From: Lama glama
Lineage: Eukaryota
Reading direction: 5' to 3'
Assembly: GCA_028534125.1 (NCBI GenBank)
Contig: CM052832.1
Span: 24,678,001-24,742,000 of the forward strand
DNA: 64,000 nucleotides
Shown here piece by piece: positions 1 to 11,465 of this stretch. A program made the translations under genes and the position numbers. Within the stretch, counting starts at the first letter, position 1, and each line of letters starts with the position of its first letter. The notes under the pieces are model-generated. The model was not told where the DNA came from and ran no database searches. It worked only from the letters and a program-made list of their open reading frames with translations.

Positions 1-117
1 TTCCGAGTACCCATTGGCCACATCCAGGCAGATAAACTTAACCTGCGGCACGGCTTCCAGGATGCTGCTCATCTTCTCCAGATCATTCTTCCCACTGCCC
101 GAGCTCACGGCTACATG
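1..117 (-). CDS. GMPR: GMP reductase 1, coding exon 4, partial (HVAVSSGSGKNDLEKMSSILEAVPQVKFICLDVANGYSE...)
   Basis: Acceptor ...tacctggtacag|CAT (AG at 119-118). Encodes the CLDVANGYSE signature. The exon runs off the left window edge. Confidence 0.97.
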
Positions 118-534
118 CTGTACCAGGTACACCAAGAGGTGCAAGACGGGAACAGTAAGAAGCACTCAGAAGTCAGACCCTGCCCCCAGCCACCTGCCAT
201 TCCTGGGGACAGTGCAGTGACCCCCGGACATTTCCCCTGATCACACAGATACACAGTGGCCTGGCTCAGTAAACACAGAGCAGCAGAGGTGAGGGACATG
301 CACTGGTTATCCAAATTGACTTCATCGCCTTTCCCCACATTAAATTGCACATATCCTTGGCCCTGGACCTCAGCCACAGAATCTTATCCTCGGCTTTTGT
401 TTAATTTCCTCAAGCTCTCCGCGTGGACCTCAGAATCGTGGAGGTGCTGGTGTAGGAGGGTCAAGCAGAACCAGGGTGGCCGGTCAGCTCAGGCTTCCTG
501 ATTCCAGAGCTGTGGCCGTCACCCTGAGCCATCT

Positions 535-542
535 TGTGTGTG

Positions 543-579
<37 letters not shown>
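535..579. repeat. (TG)n microsatellite
   Basis: About 22 TG units with one CG interruption, in GMPR intron 3. Confidence 0.95.
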
Positions 580-582
<3 letters not shown>

Positions 583-1729
583 GGGCGGGGGCAGGGAGAG
601 GGAGGAAAAGGTGTGTAAAACTCCTTTGATGAAATTCCTTCCTGCTTCCATCTTTACTCCCAATACAACACCATCACAACATGCAGATCATAACCTGCAC
701 ACGTAGCTGCAAGTCTCAGTGTCCCTATTAAAAGAGCAAAAGGTCCCAAAGTGCAAGAACGAATGAGCCCGTAATGACCCTTCCCATCTTCACTTGGACA
801 TGTTTACGCCTGAAGCCACCACACCCTCCTCTGTGACAGCCTCTCCCCCCCACCCTCCACCCCAGCCCTCTGCTCCTCTCAAAATCTGCTCTCTGGTCTT
901 TAGCAATTTACACCTTAATAAAACAAAGCCACTGGAACGTGCCTAGAGTCACCATCTCACTTTTTATGAGATATTTATATTTCATCAATTTAAACCTTAT
1001 ACATTTATTTAATATTTATACTTTAACTCCTATCTCTAAACTATAAACCACAGATGAGGGCCGTATCAACAACCTTCTTTATTCCCCCCAAATCACAACA
1101 ATGTAGCTACACTGTAGACACTGAGCATAAACGGCCTGGTGACGTGACACGCACTCCGGTTTTCACTCCTCATGCCGACAATCTGACCGGTGCCCGAATC
1201 CACCTGTTCTTTCCCTCCCTGGAGCTCTGCTACCTTCTTCATTTCCCCCCTCATTTCTGTTAAATTTTGGCAAGGGGAACTCAAGGTCACTTAGTTTCTC
1301 TCAGTGCCACTGAGTTTTAAACACTTTCCCTTTTTCATTTGCTTTAATTTGGTGGGGGCGGGGAGGAAGTGAAATGATCGCACATGGTGACGAAAGCCAT
1401 GGTGTTCTGATTAACAGCGCGTTGTCAGAAACTCCTGGTCCCCAAATTCCTTCCCGAGAAGAGGAGAAGGTGAAACAGGTGTCATTCATTAGAATAAAAC
1501 ATGGCAGGAAGGAAGGAATCACTATTTTTGTCTCGGAAACCACCTTCTCACCCATCAACATCCCCTTAGGCAGAGCAAAATAACAAAAAGCCAGTGTTTT
1601 CCAATCGCAAACGGCCTGACCATGGGGAGCATCTCTAACACAGAGAGGGCACTGGTGTGGTGCCTCCCGAATGTGCCAGGATCCAAGTAAGGTGTGTTCT
1701 CCTGGGGCTTTTGTTATTTTCAAAGGGCC

Positions 1730-2430
1730 TTTTTTTAAAGTAACAGCTTTACTGAGATATAGTCACATACCCGACAATTCACTCATTTAAAGTGTACAAT
1801 TCAATGGCTTTTAGTATATTCAGAATTGTGCAACCATCATCACAATATTAGAACATTTCATCACCCCAAAGAGGAAGGCCACCCCCTTTAGCCCTCACCC
1901 CTCCCAGCCCCCAGCCTCAGACAACAACTAACCTACTTTCTGTCTCTATGGGTTTGCCTTTTCTTGACATTTCATGTAACCGGAATCATATACGTAGCTG
2001 GGTTTTCACTCAACAAAATGTTCCCCAGGTTCACCCGTGTTGTGGCATAAATAACACCTCATTCCCTTCCGCAGCTAACTATTCCACAGTACAGTCAGAT
2101 CAGGTTTTGTGTATTCATTTATCGGCTGGTGGATATTTGGGTTGTTTCTACCTTTTGGCTGTTAGGAATTACGCTACTATGAACATTTGTGTACAAGGTT
2201 TTATATGAACATATATTTAGCTGTTGGGTCCAGACTAGGAATGGAAATCCTCGGTAATACAGTAACTCTGATGTTTAACCTTCAGAGGAATTGCCAGACT
2301 GTTTTCCAGATCGGCTGCACCGTTTTACATTCCCACCAGCAATGTAGGAGGATTCCAATTTCTCCACATCCATGCCAGCATTTTTTTTTATTATCTGTCT
2401 CTTTGATTGAAGCCACCCTAGTGGGCATAT
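1730..2430 (-). mobile_element. L1 3' end fragment (L1MB-like)
   Basis: Begins with the typical reverse L1MB 3' end (aacagctttactgagatata...aagtgtacaattcaatggcttttagtatattca) and continues through 'ttttacattcccaccagcaatgtaggaggattccaatttctccacatcc'. Confidence 0.85.
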
Positions 2431-2781
2431 TGTTTATTCACCCCACAACAACTTGTTCTAATTAGGTGTTCTTCCTACAGCCAAAAGGCTTGCTCAGAAT
2501 GGACCCTTTCCCTGGCAGGAAACACTGCCAGGTCTTCCGCAAGCTCTCCTGATACAGCACTGAATTTTTTTAAGGGAAAAAAAACAGCTAAATCCTAATA
2601 TTTTCAAAATAGGATACAGGCAAATTCCTGGCAGTGATGAAGGGCTGGGTACCACTACTGCCTTTCCCGGGTCTCTCTGGGGACTTACATCTATCTGCTG
2701 CCAATTCAAATCCCTTTGACAACCCTGACAATGTTCCTCCCTCTGCAACAGATGTCACTTATAACCAGGGTGCGGTCATAC

Positions 2782-2865
2782 CTGCAGGCATTCTGGGTGA
2801 TCAGCGGCAAAGAGCTTCCAGTCATCCAGGGTGTAATGCTTATGAACTGCGGTGAACATGGAGTG
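2782..2865 (-). CDS. GMPR: GMP reductase 1, coding exon 3 (84 nt, HSMFTAVHKHYTLDDWKLFAADHPECLQ)
   Basis: Read by hand on the reverse strand. Acceptor tttgtttcctag|CAC, donor CAG|GTATGA. HKHY motif present and the frame continues. Confidence 0.97.
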
Positions 2866-3302
2866 CTAGGAAACAAAGCAGCACCATTAGGACGAGAAGT
2901 CAAGCGAGGCCCACTCTCCCTTCCCCCATATGGCAGGGGTGATCCGACAATACGAAAGCATCCTGCCTTCCCGCGTTCACGCTTAATTTGCTTTGAACAG
3001 GCTCCCAGGAGCCCAAAACAGACCAAGGCGTAACCAGGGAAATCGCCACCAAAGCGTGTTTTCCGTTCTAATCTGATCAGGCAAGGCAGTGCTCAGGACT
3101 CGGGAGGCGATGCCAGCAGGCGAGGTGGGTTGCGAGGAGCAAGGGAGAGTCCTCAGCGTCCTGGCCCAGCCCACACCTGACTGAGGCCCAGAGCAGCACA
3201 GAGAGCTGGTCCCCTGCTGGTTCGTTAGCAGGGCAGACGGAAGGCAAAATTCTGCCTAGTTAACCCACAGGAACCTCAACTTCCACACAAAAGTTTGGGT
3301 TT

Positions 3303-3640
3303 TGTTTTTTTTTCCGAAAAAAATTATTTAAAATTGAAGTATAGTTAGTTACAATGTGTCACTATCTGGTGTACAGCGTGATCTCCCAGTTGTGCATATA
3401 CACACATACATTCCTTTTCACATTCTTCTTCATTAAATGTTATTACAAGATATTGAAGAGTTCCCTATGCTATGTAGAAAAAAAATGTGCTTTTAATCTA
3501 TTTTTATATATAGTGGTTAACATCTGCAAATCTCAAACTCTCAAATTTATCCCTTCCCACCCCCTTCCCCCCACGCCGTAACCATAAGATTGTTTACTAT
3601 GTCTGTGAGTCTTTCTTTTGTACGTGAGTTCATTATCTTT
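3303..3640 (-). mobile_element. Cetartiodactyl/camelid-type L1 3' UTR fragment
   Basis: T-rich tail, then ttgaagtatagttagttacaatgtgtc...tgtacagc...gttccctatgcta...taaccataag. This is the reverse complement of the L1 3' end type also seen at 27153. Confidence 0.8.
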
Positions 3641-3754
3641 GTGTTCGTAACCTGAATGTTTCTTGCTAAAAGCGTTAACTCGTCAGGCAGTTGGTATCCT
3701 TGATGGAGGGAAGTACATAACTCATAGTCCTGAATCTCTGACTGTCAATTCAGC

Positions 3755-3950
3755 AACCAAGCACTTCACACGCATTATTTCATATTCCTCCCAGAACAAC
3801 TCTGTACAGCAATATTAGCTTTATGGGCAGAAATGGGGCTTAAGAAGAATTTCTTAAAACTTAAGTTTAAGAAATTTAGCAACTGCTTGGCCAAAATGGG
3901 GCAAAGGCCAGAATCAAACACAAATCTGAATGCAGAACCCAAGCTCCTCC
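3755..3950 (-). mobile_element. MIR SINE, degenerate
   Basis: cacttcacacgcattatttcat...cagaacaactctg...ccagaatcaaacacaaatctgaatgcagaacccaagct follows the MIR consensus layout. Confidence 0.55.
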
Positions 3951-4819
3951 TCCAGGATCAGGGCCTCACTCCTAACTTCTCTCAGTCTATTATTTCCCCA
4001 TCTACAGTTTCCTATCCTAAAACTCTATGACTTACATTAACACAAGGAATTAATTCAGTGGATCCTAGAAAGAAAATCTATAGTACCTGCACATAGTTGG
4101 CTACGTTGGTATACATCGTCTCATTCCCTGTGCACAAGAGGAGAGCAGAGCAAGTAGCATGTTTTTTATGGACTGGTAATCTGATATGTGAATTAATCTG
4201 GGCTATTTACTGCTTCCTGACTCCACGAATTTTCACGCTAATACATAACTTATTAGTAGCAATGGCTGATCATCACAGGGCAGAGCGAGGAAAAGATAGG
4301 GAGAAAAAATACGAATTCCTTTAGCAATTAATGTATTAGCCTCCAGCCCAAAGCTTGGTGGGGGCTGAGGGTGGACAGATGGTACAACTGATCCTGGACT
4401 CAGACAGACCACCCCCTACTCCATTATGTGAGTTCATAATTTGTTTGAAAATCTTCCTTCTAATCACTGGCTAATAATGAATCCCAGCACCTCCTGGGGT
4501 TAGCCGTGCTGCCCACAGCAAGACGCTCTTTCAGCTAATTGGATTTATCTTTTCACTTGGCAGGCACCATGCACAGAAATAGATGCACAGACACCCCACA
4601 TCAGAAGCAAACACTTTACATCTATGATGAATAAGACTCACTCAACCTCAGACACAGATGTGCGAGATGAAGGTTCTGCCCTCAAATAACTTGCCCTTTA
4701 TTCTTCCCAAGGCCAGAATACTAGCCACTCCCTTTGTAGGAAATGAGACAGCAGCTGACTCACGGGACCAGGAGCTTGTATGATGATCTGTCAGTGTAAA
4801 TTGGGGGGGAAATCCCTTA

Positions 4820-4930
4820 TTCTGGAGTCAGTCTGACTTTGAACGTTGGCTCTGTGTCTACCTGGCTAAGTGCCTTGAGCCAAATGACTCTCCTCGCTCG
4901 CTCTCTGCCTCAGTTTCCTCATCTGTATGA
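4820..4930 (+). mobile_element. MIR SINE fragment
   Basis: ctggagtcag...ctctctgcctcagtttcctcatctgta is the MIR core. Confidence 0.7.
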
Positions 4931-5417
4931 AGAAGCTGCCCGCTAGAGTTGTGACCACATCATACACCGCATATCCAGGGTCTGGCACCTAAGTTTTCTA
5001 CATAATGATGTAGATGCTCTAGGACAGATGAAGCGGTTCTGTCTTAATTTTACAGGTGCTGTCACTCTCCTATTAATATGACACTCATCTAACTTTATAA
5101 TACAGGACAATATCCAACTTCTTTTTGTATCTCTATCATTTCCAAAACTCTCGTGGGTGTTTTCAAGGAAGAAATGGGTGCAGAATCTAGAACATCTCAC
5201 TGAATGTGACGTCCAGGCTCCATCCATCTTCTGGGTGAAGAGAGAAAAAGAAGTGTCTCCAGCAACATTCAGATTCAGACCTACACAGTTCGGCCACAGC
5301 AAATGACCCAAAGGGTCTCCCTTCTCTCTCCCTCCCTGCGTCTGAACAAGTCCAAGGTGGGCTCCTGACACCCCATCCGGTGCATGAGCAGCGGACAGAA
5401 AAAGCCCACCATCCTAC

Positions 5418-5537
5418 CTGTGACATCACCACGGCCATCTCAAACGTCCCCACGGTGTCCATGTTGGCCACGATGATGGGAATCCCCGAGTAGGTCTGCT
5501 TCGAGTTTCGAAATGTGAAGGTTCGCTCAAGATCCAC
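5418..5537 (-). CDS. GMPR: GMP reductase 1, coding exon 2 (120 nt, [40 protein letters not shown])
   Basis: Acceptor ttttcccttttgcaatag|GTG (AG at 5539-5538) and donor CAG|GTAGGA. Contains the ANMDTVG motif of the GMPR/IMPDH family and is in frame with exon 1. Confidence 0.98.
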
Positions 5538-8500
5538 CTATTGCAAAAGGGAAAAAAAAGGCTTGGCTCTTGACGTGATTGGTACGGCATTTCTCCAGTT
5601 TCGAGCGAATGGAAAGACACAAAGGAAGTGTGTGTCCCTCGGGTCCCTGGATCCTCTTAGGGATTGGAACAGGTGTTCCAAAGACAGTGAGTCCCTGAGG
5701 AACCGGAGTCACAGGTTGTGATCCAGGTACAAAAACTGAACTGGGCTCCTTACCATCCTCAAGCAAGAACAAGGCACTGGATGTTCTGCCATCCAGTCCG
5801 GCCTCTGAGTTGAAAACTCTCTCCTTCAATAGCCTCTCCCAGCCCAGTGCCACCTTCTGTCCCCAGTCTGGTTCATTCCAGCCCTACACACCTACATCCA
5901 AGTCATCTTCCCCCACTTCCAAACACGGAGGGACTGGTCCTCTTCTGGGAAAATCCACTCCACTCGACCCCGCCAACCAAGGCCCTCCCTTTAATTCTCA
6001 CCTTCCCAGAGGACCAGGCACTCCAAATTCACCCTGCGGTGAGCAGCAAACCGTTAATCCCTTACCTTTTAACCTTCTCAGCTGCTTCAGAATGATCAGC
6101 ATCCTTCAGAGCTGGGAGGGAGAACACTGTAGCTCTGTCTATGCACAAAACCACTTGTTCCTCTGACCTGCAAAGACCTGGAGGGAGGGCTCTCTAATGC
6201 TATGGTAACTCCAACTTCAGGGCATTTGTAACTAACTCCACGATCAGGAACCCAGAGCACGAGCTAGGCCAGAATGGTGGGCTCAGCAGTGCTAAAGGCC
6301 AGATGGTCACCAAGAACTGGCAGAATCAAAATCAGATCCTGGGCCCCTGTGCTCACAGATGCAGTGCTCATCCTTCCCCTGCTCTGCTCTTATCACAAGG
6401 AAGCCACCCCTGCAGGCCCCAGTTCCCAGGCTGGTTTCTGGCTAGGTCTGGCCAGCAAAGTCCCTGGGTGGGACACTGGAGGACAGTGGGGAAGACGGGC
6501 CTGGATGTGGTCAGAGTAGCGCTCCCAGATCCCCTCTGCCTTGACCTGCATGGTCTTGGTTCCAGCTCAGAATGGTCCCAACCCTTGGGCTCCTCCCCTT
6601 TGGAAGTGGTTTCTCTGCTGCCAGTCTCTGGGGTCTTCCCTCAGTATCCCGTCTGGCATCTCAGCTGTATCACAATGCCTTGGATTAAATTTCCCGTTGT
6701 AACTATTCAGCACTGTTTGTTTCCTCAGTTGGACCCTGAGGGACACAGACTCCCCTGGAAATGGGTGCTCTTCCAAGGAGAACTGGCAGGAGAAGCACTG
6801 GTGTGAATCAAGCTTCTGAAATAATTTGGACCTGCATTCATCCTGGCTTACTGGCAACAGCAGTAATAATAATCATTCCCTACCAGTGTTTACCTAGAGC
6901 CGCCTTCTATTCTTTTTCACGGGAGACCACCTTCACTTTGCCATCAACACGTCACAACAGCAGAGAACGTTTCAGATCTTTCAGCCTTTTCACAGCGTTC
7001 CATGTCCAGAGGCTTCCTGGGCGACAGAGGCCATAATGTGGCGGCACTGGCCTGACCCAGCCATCAGCGAGGGGAAATGAGATGCTGCCACTGTGGGACC
7101 ACACGTGGGAGGCAACTCATCCCTTTCCCGACTTCCTTCGTTGTCATGCTCGGCTCTACTTCAGCGAAGCAAGTTCGAGCTACATTCTGAAAGACAACTG
7201 AAGGAGCCGCAGCATTGCAACCTTCTGTGCTGCTAATGGCCCTCTAACATTGTGGCTCCACAGACAGAAAACAATCAGAAATCCTCGCTCTCAAATTACT
7301 TACACTCCTCCCAAGAAGCCCAGGAGAGAGCTGCTACACTCCGCACCCGGCTGAGCTCACAGCGGGTTTTCCCCAGCACTCCAAAACCTATCAGCAGTAC
7401 TTGAAAATCAGAGCTTCTTGTGGAAAAGGTCAGCCTTGACAATGAACTATCCCCCTACATTTCTGGTCTTCTCCACATGGTGGGGGCTACGCAAGCCTTA
7501 ATTCTAGGAGTGAGAAGTAAAGTATCTTCCCCAGCCTTATCCACACGGTCAGAAAGACAAACACACGTGCCCAAAATAGACCAGCTGTTCGCTGAGAGAT
7601 AAATACTTTAAATATTCCAGCCTCCCAGGAACAGAACCTGGCATTTACTCTGCCACAGCCGGTCAATGCACCAAATATAGCGCCTCCAAATGCCTACCTC
7701 ACTAAGCCTGGTTGCAAAGGGCACAGAAAGTAGTGAGTCACCCTTCTCCACCTCAGAAATACATGTTTCTGCTGCTCTTCAGACACATCTTCGCTTTCAT
7801 CAGTCCTCCAGCCCGACATGCGGGGGCCCGGAAGTACAAGTGGAGGCCCACCGACCACGTGTCTAAACCCCGCCAGGTTATGAGTAACATGTACAAAGCT
7901 GCTACGCAAATTCTGTTCTGTCCTCCAACCTCGACAACACAGCTTCGTTAATGACCTGGAAAGCACAGCACGTAGTCATGGGAGCCGGCCACCGCCCCCA
8001 CGCCCACATCCTCACCCCTTTCTCCTCCCACCCACATCCTCCTGTGCACACAGACACCCCAGTCTGCACACCAAGCTCTGGGCACACATGGCCACTCTGA
8101 GCTCAGACGTGAGCAGCACGGCTGGCCCTGGGGAAACACACCTGGGGAAGGGGCCCCTGCAGGCCTTGGAGTCAGCTCCAGGCATTTGGGCAGGAAGCCC
8201 AGGACCTGAGTACCTAGAGCACAGCCTAGAGGGAAAGGCCCCGCCCTCGGGTCCAGTGAGGAGGGGACAGGTGCAGAAGTGGGGTCCAGGGCAGGGGCCT
8301 CTTGCCTAAAGCTATGGATGGCACTGATTAAAGCAATTCTCTTATTAAATCAATTATTCATTACCCATCTCACCTGTAAGCTGTGGTCAAGTGTAGGGAC
8401 AATGCCTTTCATCTCTTTAGTCCTAGTGGCTCAAAAAGGGCGGAATACATTCATGTCCAGCTAAGGGATAAGAAGGAGCTTGTGTTTTGGCCCCTAGCCT

Positions 8501-8659
8501 TTCAGGGCAACGCTCGGCGGACCCCAGGGTGGCCCTCTGAACACGCTCGGTACCCTGGAAGCTTCGCTGTCAGTTGTCAGGATTCAGAGAAGTGCGAGCC
8601 ACCACCCGTCACCAGAGAGCCACAGGGTCCACAAACACAGAGGCCCCGGCAGCCAGTCC

Positions 8660-8810
8660 ACAGCATCTGCGTGCGCATCAGAATCACAGCAGGATGATCC
8701 CCAAGCTACACATGCTCAGGCCGCCCCAAACTTAATAAATCAGAACCTTTGTGTGAGAGACACCGTGTGTATTCTGGAGTGTCTCCCTAGGTTATTCTGA
8801 TGCATTCGTG
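8660..8810. mobile_element. MER5-type hAT-Charlie MITE, degenerate
   Basis: gcatcagaatcac...aatcagaac...aggttattctgatgca, with inverted ends gcatcagaat / attctgatgc. Confidence 0.55.
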
Positions 8811-8863
8811 AAGAACAAGACAAGCCAAACCCTCGAATGTTAGGGAGCAAAATTTACAGAGGT

Positions 8864-9291
8864 TGTATGGTTTGAACTGTGTCCCCAAACAGGCACTGAG
8901 ATACCATCAGCACCTGTGAATGTGACCTCATTTGGAAACAGGGTCTTGGTGGATAATCAAGGTAAGATGAGGTCATTAGGGGAGGTCTCCTCCCGGCATG
9001 ACTGCTGTTCTTATAAATAGGGGACATTTGAACAGAGACGCACAGAGAAGGATGCTGACTGAAGAGGAGGGCAGAGATTCCAGTGATGCACCTACGAGCC
9101 AAGGAACACCAAGGTTGTGTGTAAATAACCAGAAGGACGGAGGAAGACATGGGAGAGCCTCCCACCCAGCCCTCAGAAGGAATCAGCCCTGCTGATGTCT
9201 TCATCTGGGACTTGCTGGGAGACAATACATTTCTGTTGTGTGAGCCACCCTGTGCAGTGCTCTGTGACAGCAGCCCCAGGACACTCATACA
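8864..9291 (+). mobile_element. MaLR solo LTR (MLT1B/C-like)
   Basis: tgtatggtttgaactgtgtcccc...tgtgaatgtgacctcatttggaaacagggtc...agccaaggaacaccaag...aatacatttctgttg...agccaccc...cagcagccccaggacactcataca. Confidence 0.85.
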
Positions 9292-9319
9292 GAGCCCAGG
9301 TAATAAAACAATCAGCACA

Positions 9320-9407
9320 GGGAGAGGGTATAGCTCAGTGGTAGAGTGCATGCTTAGCACACACGAGGTCCTGGGTTCAATCACCAGTACCTCCATTAAA
9401 AAATAAA
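9320..9407 (+). mobile_element. tRNA-derived camelid SINE (Vic-1-like), head only
   Basis: gggagagggtatagctcagtggtagagtgcatgcttagc...gaggtcctgggttcaatcaccagtacctcc carries Pol III A and B boxes. It lacks the 3' part present in the copy at 52716-52875. Confidence 0.9.
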
Positions 9408-9763
9408 ACTACAAAGAGGTATCACTTCACACCAGTCAGAATGGCCATCATTCAAAAGTCCACAAATGATAAATGCTGGAGAGGGTGTGGCGAAAAGGGA
9501 ACTCCCCACAATGTTGATGGGAATGTAGTTTGGTGCAGCCATTATGGAAAATAGTATGAGAGTCCTAAAAAACTAAAAATAGACTTACCATATGATCCAG
9601 CAATCCTACTCCTGGGCATATATCCAGAGAAAAATAAAATTCCAAAAGACACCCAATGTTCATTGCAGCACTATTTACAATAGCCAAGACATGGAAACAA
9701 CCCAAATGTCCATCAACAGATGACTGGATAAAGATGTGTGTATCTATATATATACATATATAG

Positions 9764-9807
<44 letters not shown>

Positions 9808-9978
9808 TACTACTCAGCCATCAAAAAGAATAAAATAATGCCATTTGCAGCAACATGGATGGACCCAGAGATTGTCATTCTAAGTGAAGTAAGTCAGAAA
9901 GAGAAAGAAAAATGCCACATATCACTTATATGTGGAATCAAAAAAGAAAAAGACACACGTGAACTACTTATTTACAAC
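9404..9978 (+). mobile_element. L1 ORF2 3' end plus start of 3' UTR (younger, lineage-type L1)
   Basis: gaggtatcacttcacaccagtcagaatggccatcatt...ccatatgatccagcaatcctactcctgggcatatatcc...gccatttgcagcaacatggatggac. An internal (TA)n/(CA)n expansion is present. Confidence 0.92.
9769..9804. repeat. (CA)n microsatellite inside L1
   Basis: About 18 perfect CA units. Confidence 0.95.
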
Positions 9979-10259
9979 TTAGATGACTGATCTCTTAAAT
10001 ATGTGTAAGCATATCTGACTGTCCTTTATGATTGGATTACCACATTCTGTTGATTCTTATTTTGTGGTTGGCTTTATTCCTTTGATAACTACATAAGTTT
10101 AAAAAGCTAAAGCTCTAAACTGTTCTTAGAAATAAAGGTCAGTACATATATGTAAACTAAAAAGAATGTGCAGTATATTGTATATATGTATTTACATGCA
10201 ATATATTGTGTATGTGCAGTCAAATTATAACAATTCTACCTAATAAAACTGAAAAATGA

Positions 10260-11275
10260 ATAAAAATGGGCAGAGGAACTGAATAGACACTTTCCTGAAG
10301 AAGACAGAGATGGCCAACAGACATGAGAAAACACTTAACATCACTAATCATCAGGAAAATGCAAACAACCCACAATAAGGTATCACCTCACACCCATCAG
10401 AATGGCAATCATCAAAAAAGACCACAAATAAATGTTGGAGAGGATCTGGAGAAAGGGAACGCTCATGTACTATTGGTGGGAATGTAACCTGAGGCAGCTA
10501 CTATGGAAAACAGTATGGAGGTTCCTCAAAACCTTAAAAATATAATTACCATATCCAGCAATCCCATTTCTGGGTATACAGACAAAGGCAATACAAATAA
10601 GAAACGGAAGAGAGACCTGCACTGCCACGTTCATTGCAGCACTATTCACAGTAGTCAAGACATGGAAACAGCCCAAATGTCCATCAGTAGATGAGTAGAT
10701 AAAGAAGATGTGGGGGGTGTGTGTGTATAGTACGTACATATATATGTATAATTAAACACTATTCAGCCATGAGAAGGAAGGAAATTCTGCCATTTGAGAC
10801 AGCATGGATGGACTTGAGGGTATTATGCTAAGTGAAATAAACCAGAGAAAGCAAACACTGCACAGTGCCACTTATATGTGGAATCTAGGGGAAAAAAAAA
10901 AAGCAAAGAAAGTTGAACTCTTAGAAACAGAGTAGAAAGTGGTTGCTAGGAGGTGGAGTAGGGGATATAGGGAGAGGTTGGTAAAAGCACATAAACTTTC
11001 TGCTGTAGGATGAATAAGGTCTGAGAACCTAAGACATGCTGACTACAGTTGGTAACACCGTACTGTATAATTGAAATTCACTGAGAAAGTAGAACTTACA
11101 TGTTTTCATCAAAAAAATTAATAAATAAATACATGAGATGAATGTGTTAATTACCTAGATGGGGAGAATCCTTTCACGATGTACAAGTGTAGCAAATCTT
11201 CATGACATACATTTTAAACAGCTTACAATTTTATGTATCAGTTACTCCTTAATAAAACTGAAGTTTAAAAAAAGA
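10260..11275 (+). mobile_element. Older L1 3' end (L1MA/L1MB-like)
   Basis: aaaatgggcagaggaactgaatagacac...tatcacctcacacccatcagaatggc...atggaaacagcccaaatgtccatc..., ending ttactccttaataaaactgaagtttaaaaaaa. Confidence 0.9.
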
Positions 11276-11279
11276 TGTA

Positions 11280-11465
11280 TGAGATAATATACACAAAGGA
11301 CTTAGTGCCTGGCATATGGTAAAGTCAATAAATGCTGCTCTTATTATTAAAAAGGTAAACAAATAAACAAACTTAATTATACCCCCCCCAAAAGAATTTA
11401 AAAACAATTAGTGCAGAGCTTGGACCAGAACCCAGGTCTCCTTTCTCCCAGCCCAAGAGTCTCTC
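11280..11465. mobile_element. MIR fragments
   Basis: agtgcctggcatatggtaaagtcaataaatg, and cagagcttggaccagaacccaggtctcct. Confidence 0.55.

Noticed and set aside
1748..1753. Sense-oriented intronic L1 poly(A) signal reading AGTAAA instead of AATAAA, as a sign of selection against premature termination
   Set aside because: The intergenic copy at 36762 has lost the signal too, so neutral decay is enough to explain it.
5187..5417. ORF-track extension of exon 2 beyond MSQ (VGWWAF...)
   Set aside because: This is read-through into intron 2 past a canonical CAG|GTAGGA donor. The GMPR sequence resumes in exon 3.
9320..9395. Possible tRNA gene
   Set aside because: It has A and B boxes, but the acceptor stem does not pair, an A-rich tail follows, and a second copy with a TSD exists at 52.7 kb. 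It is a SINE.
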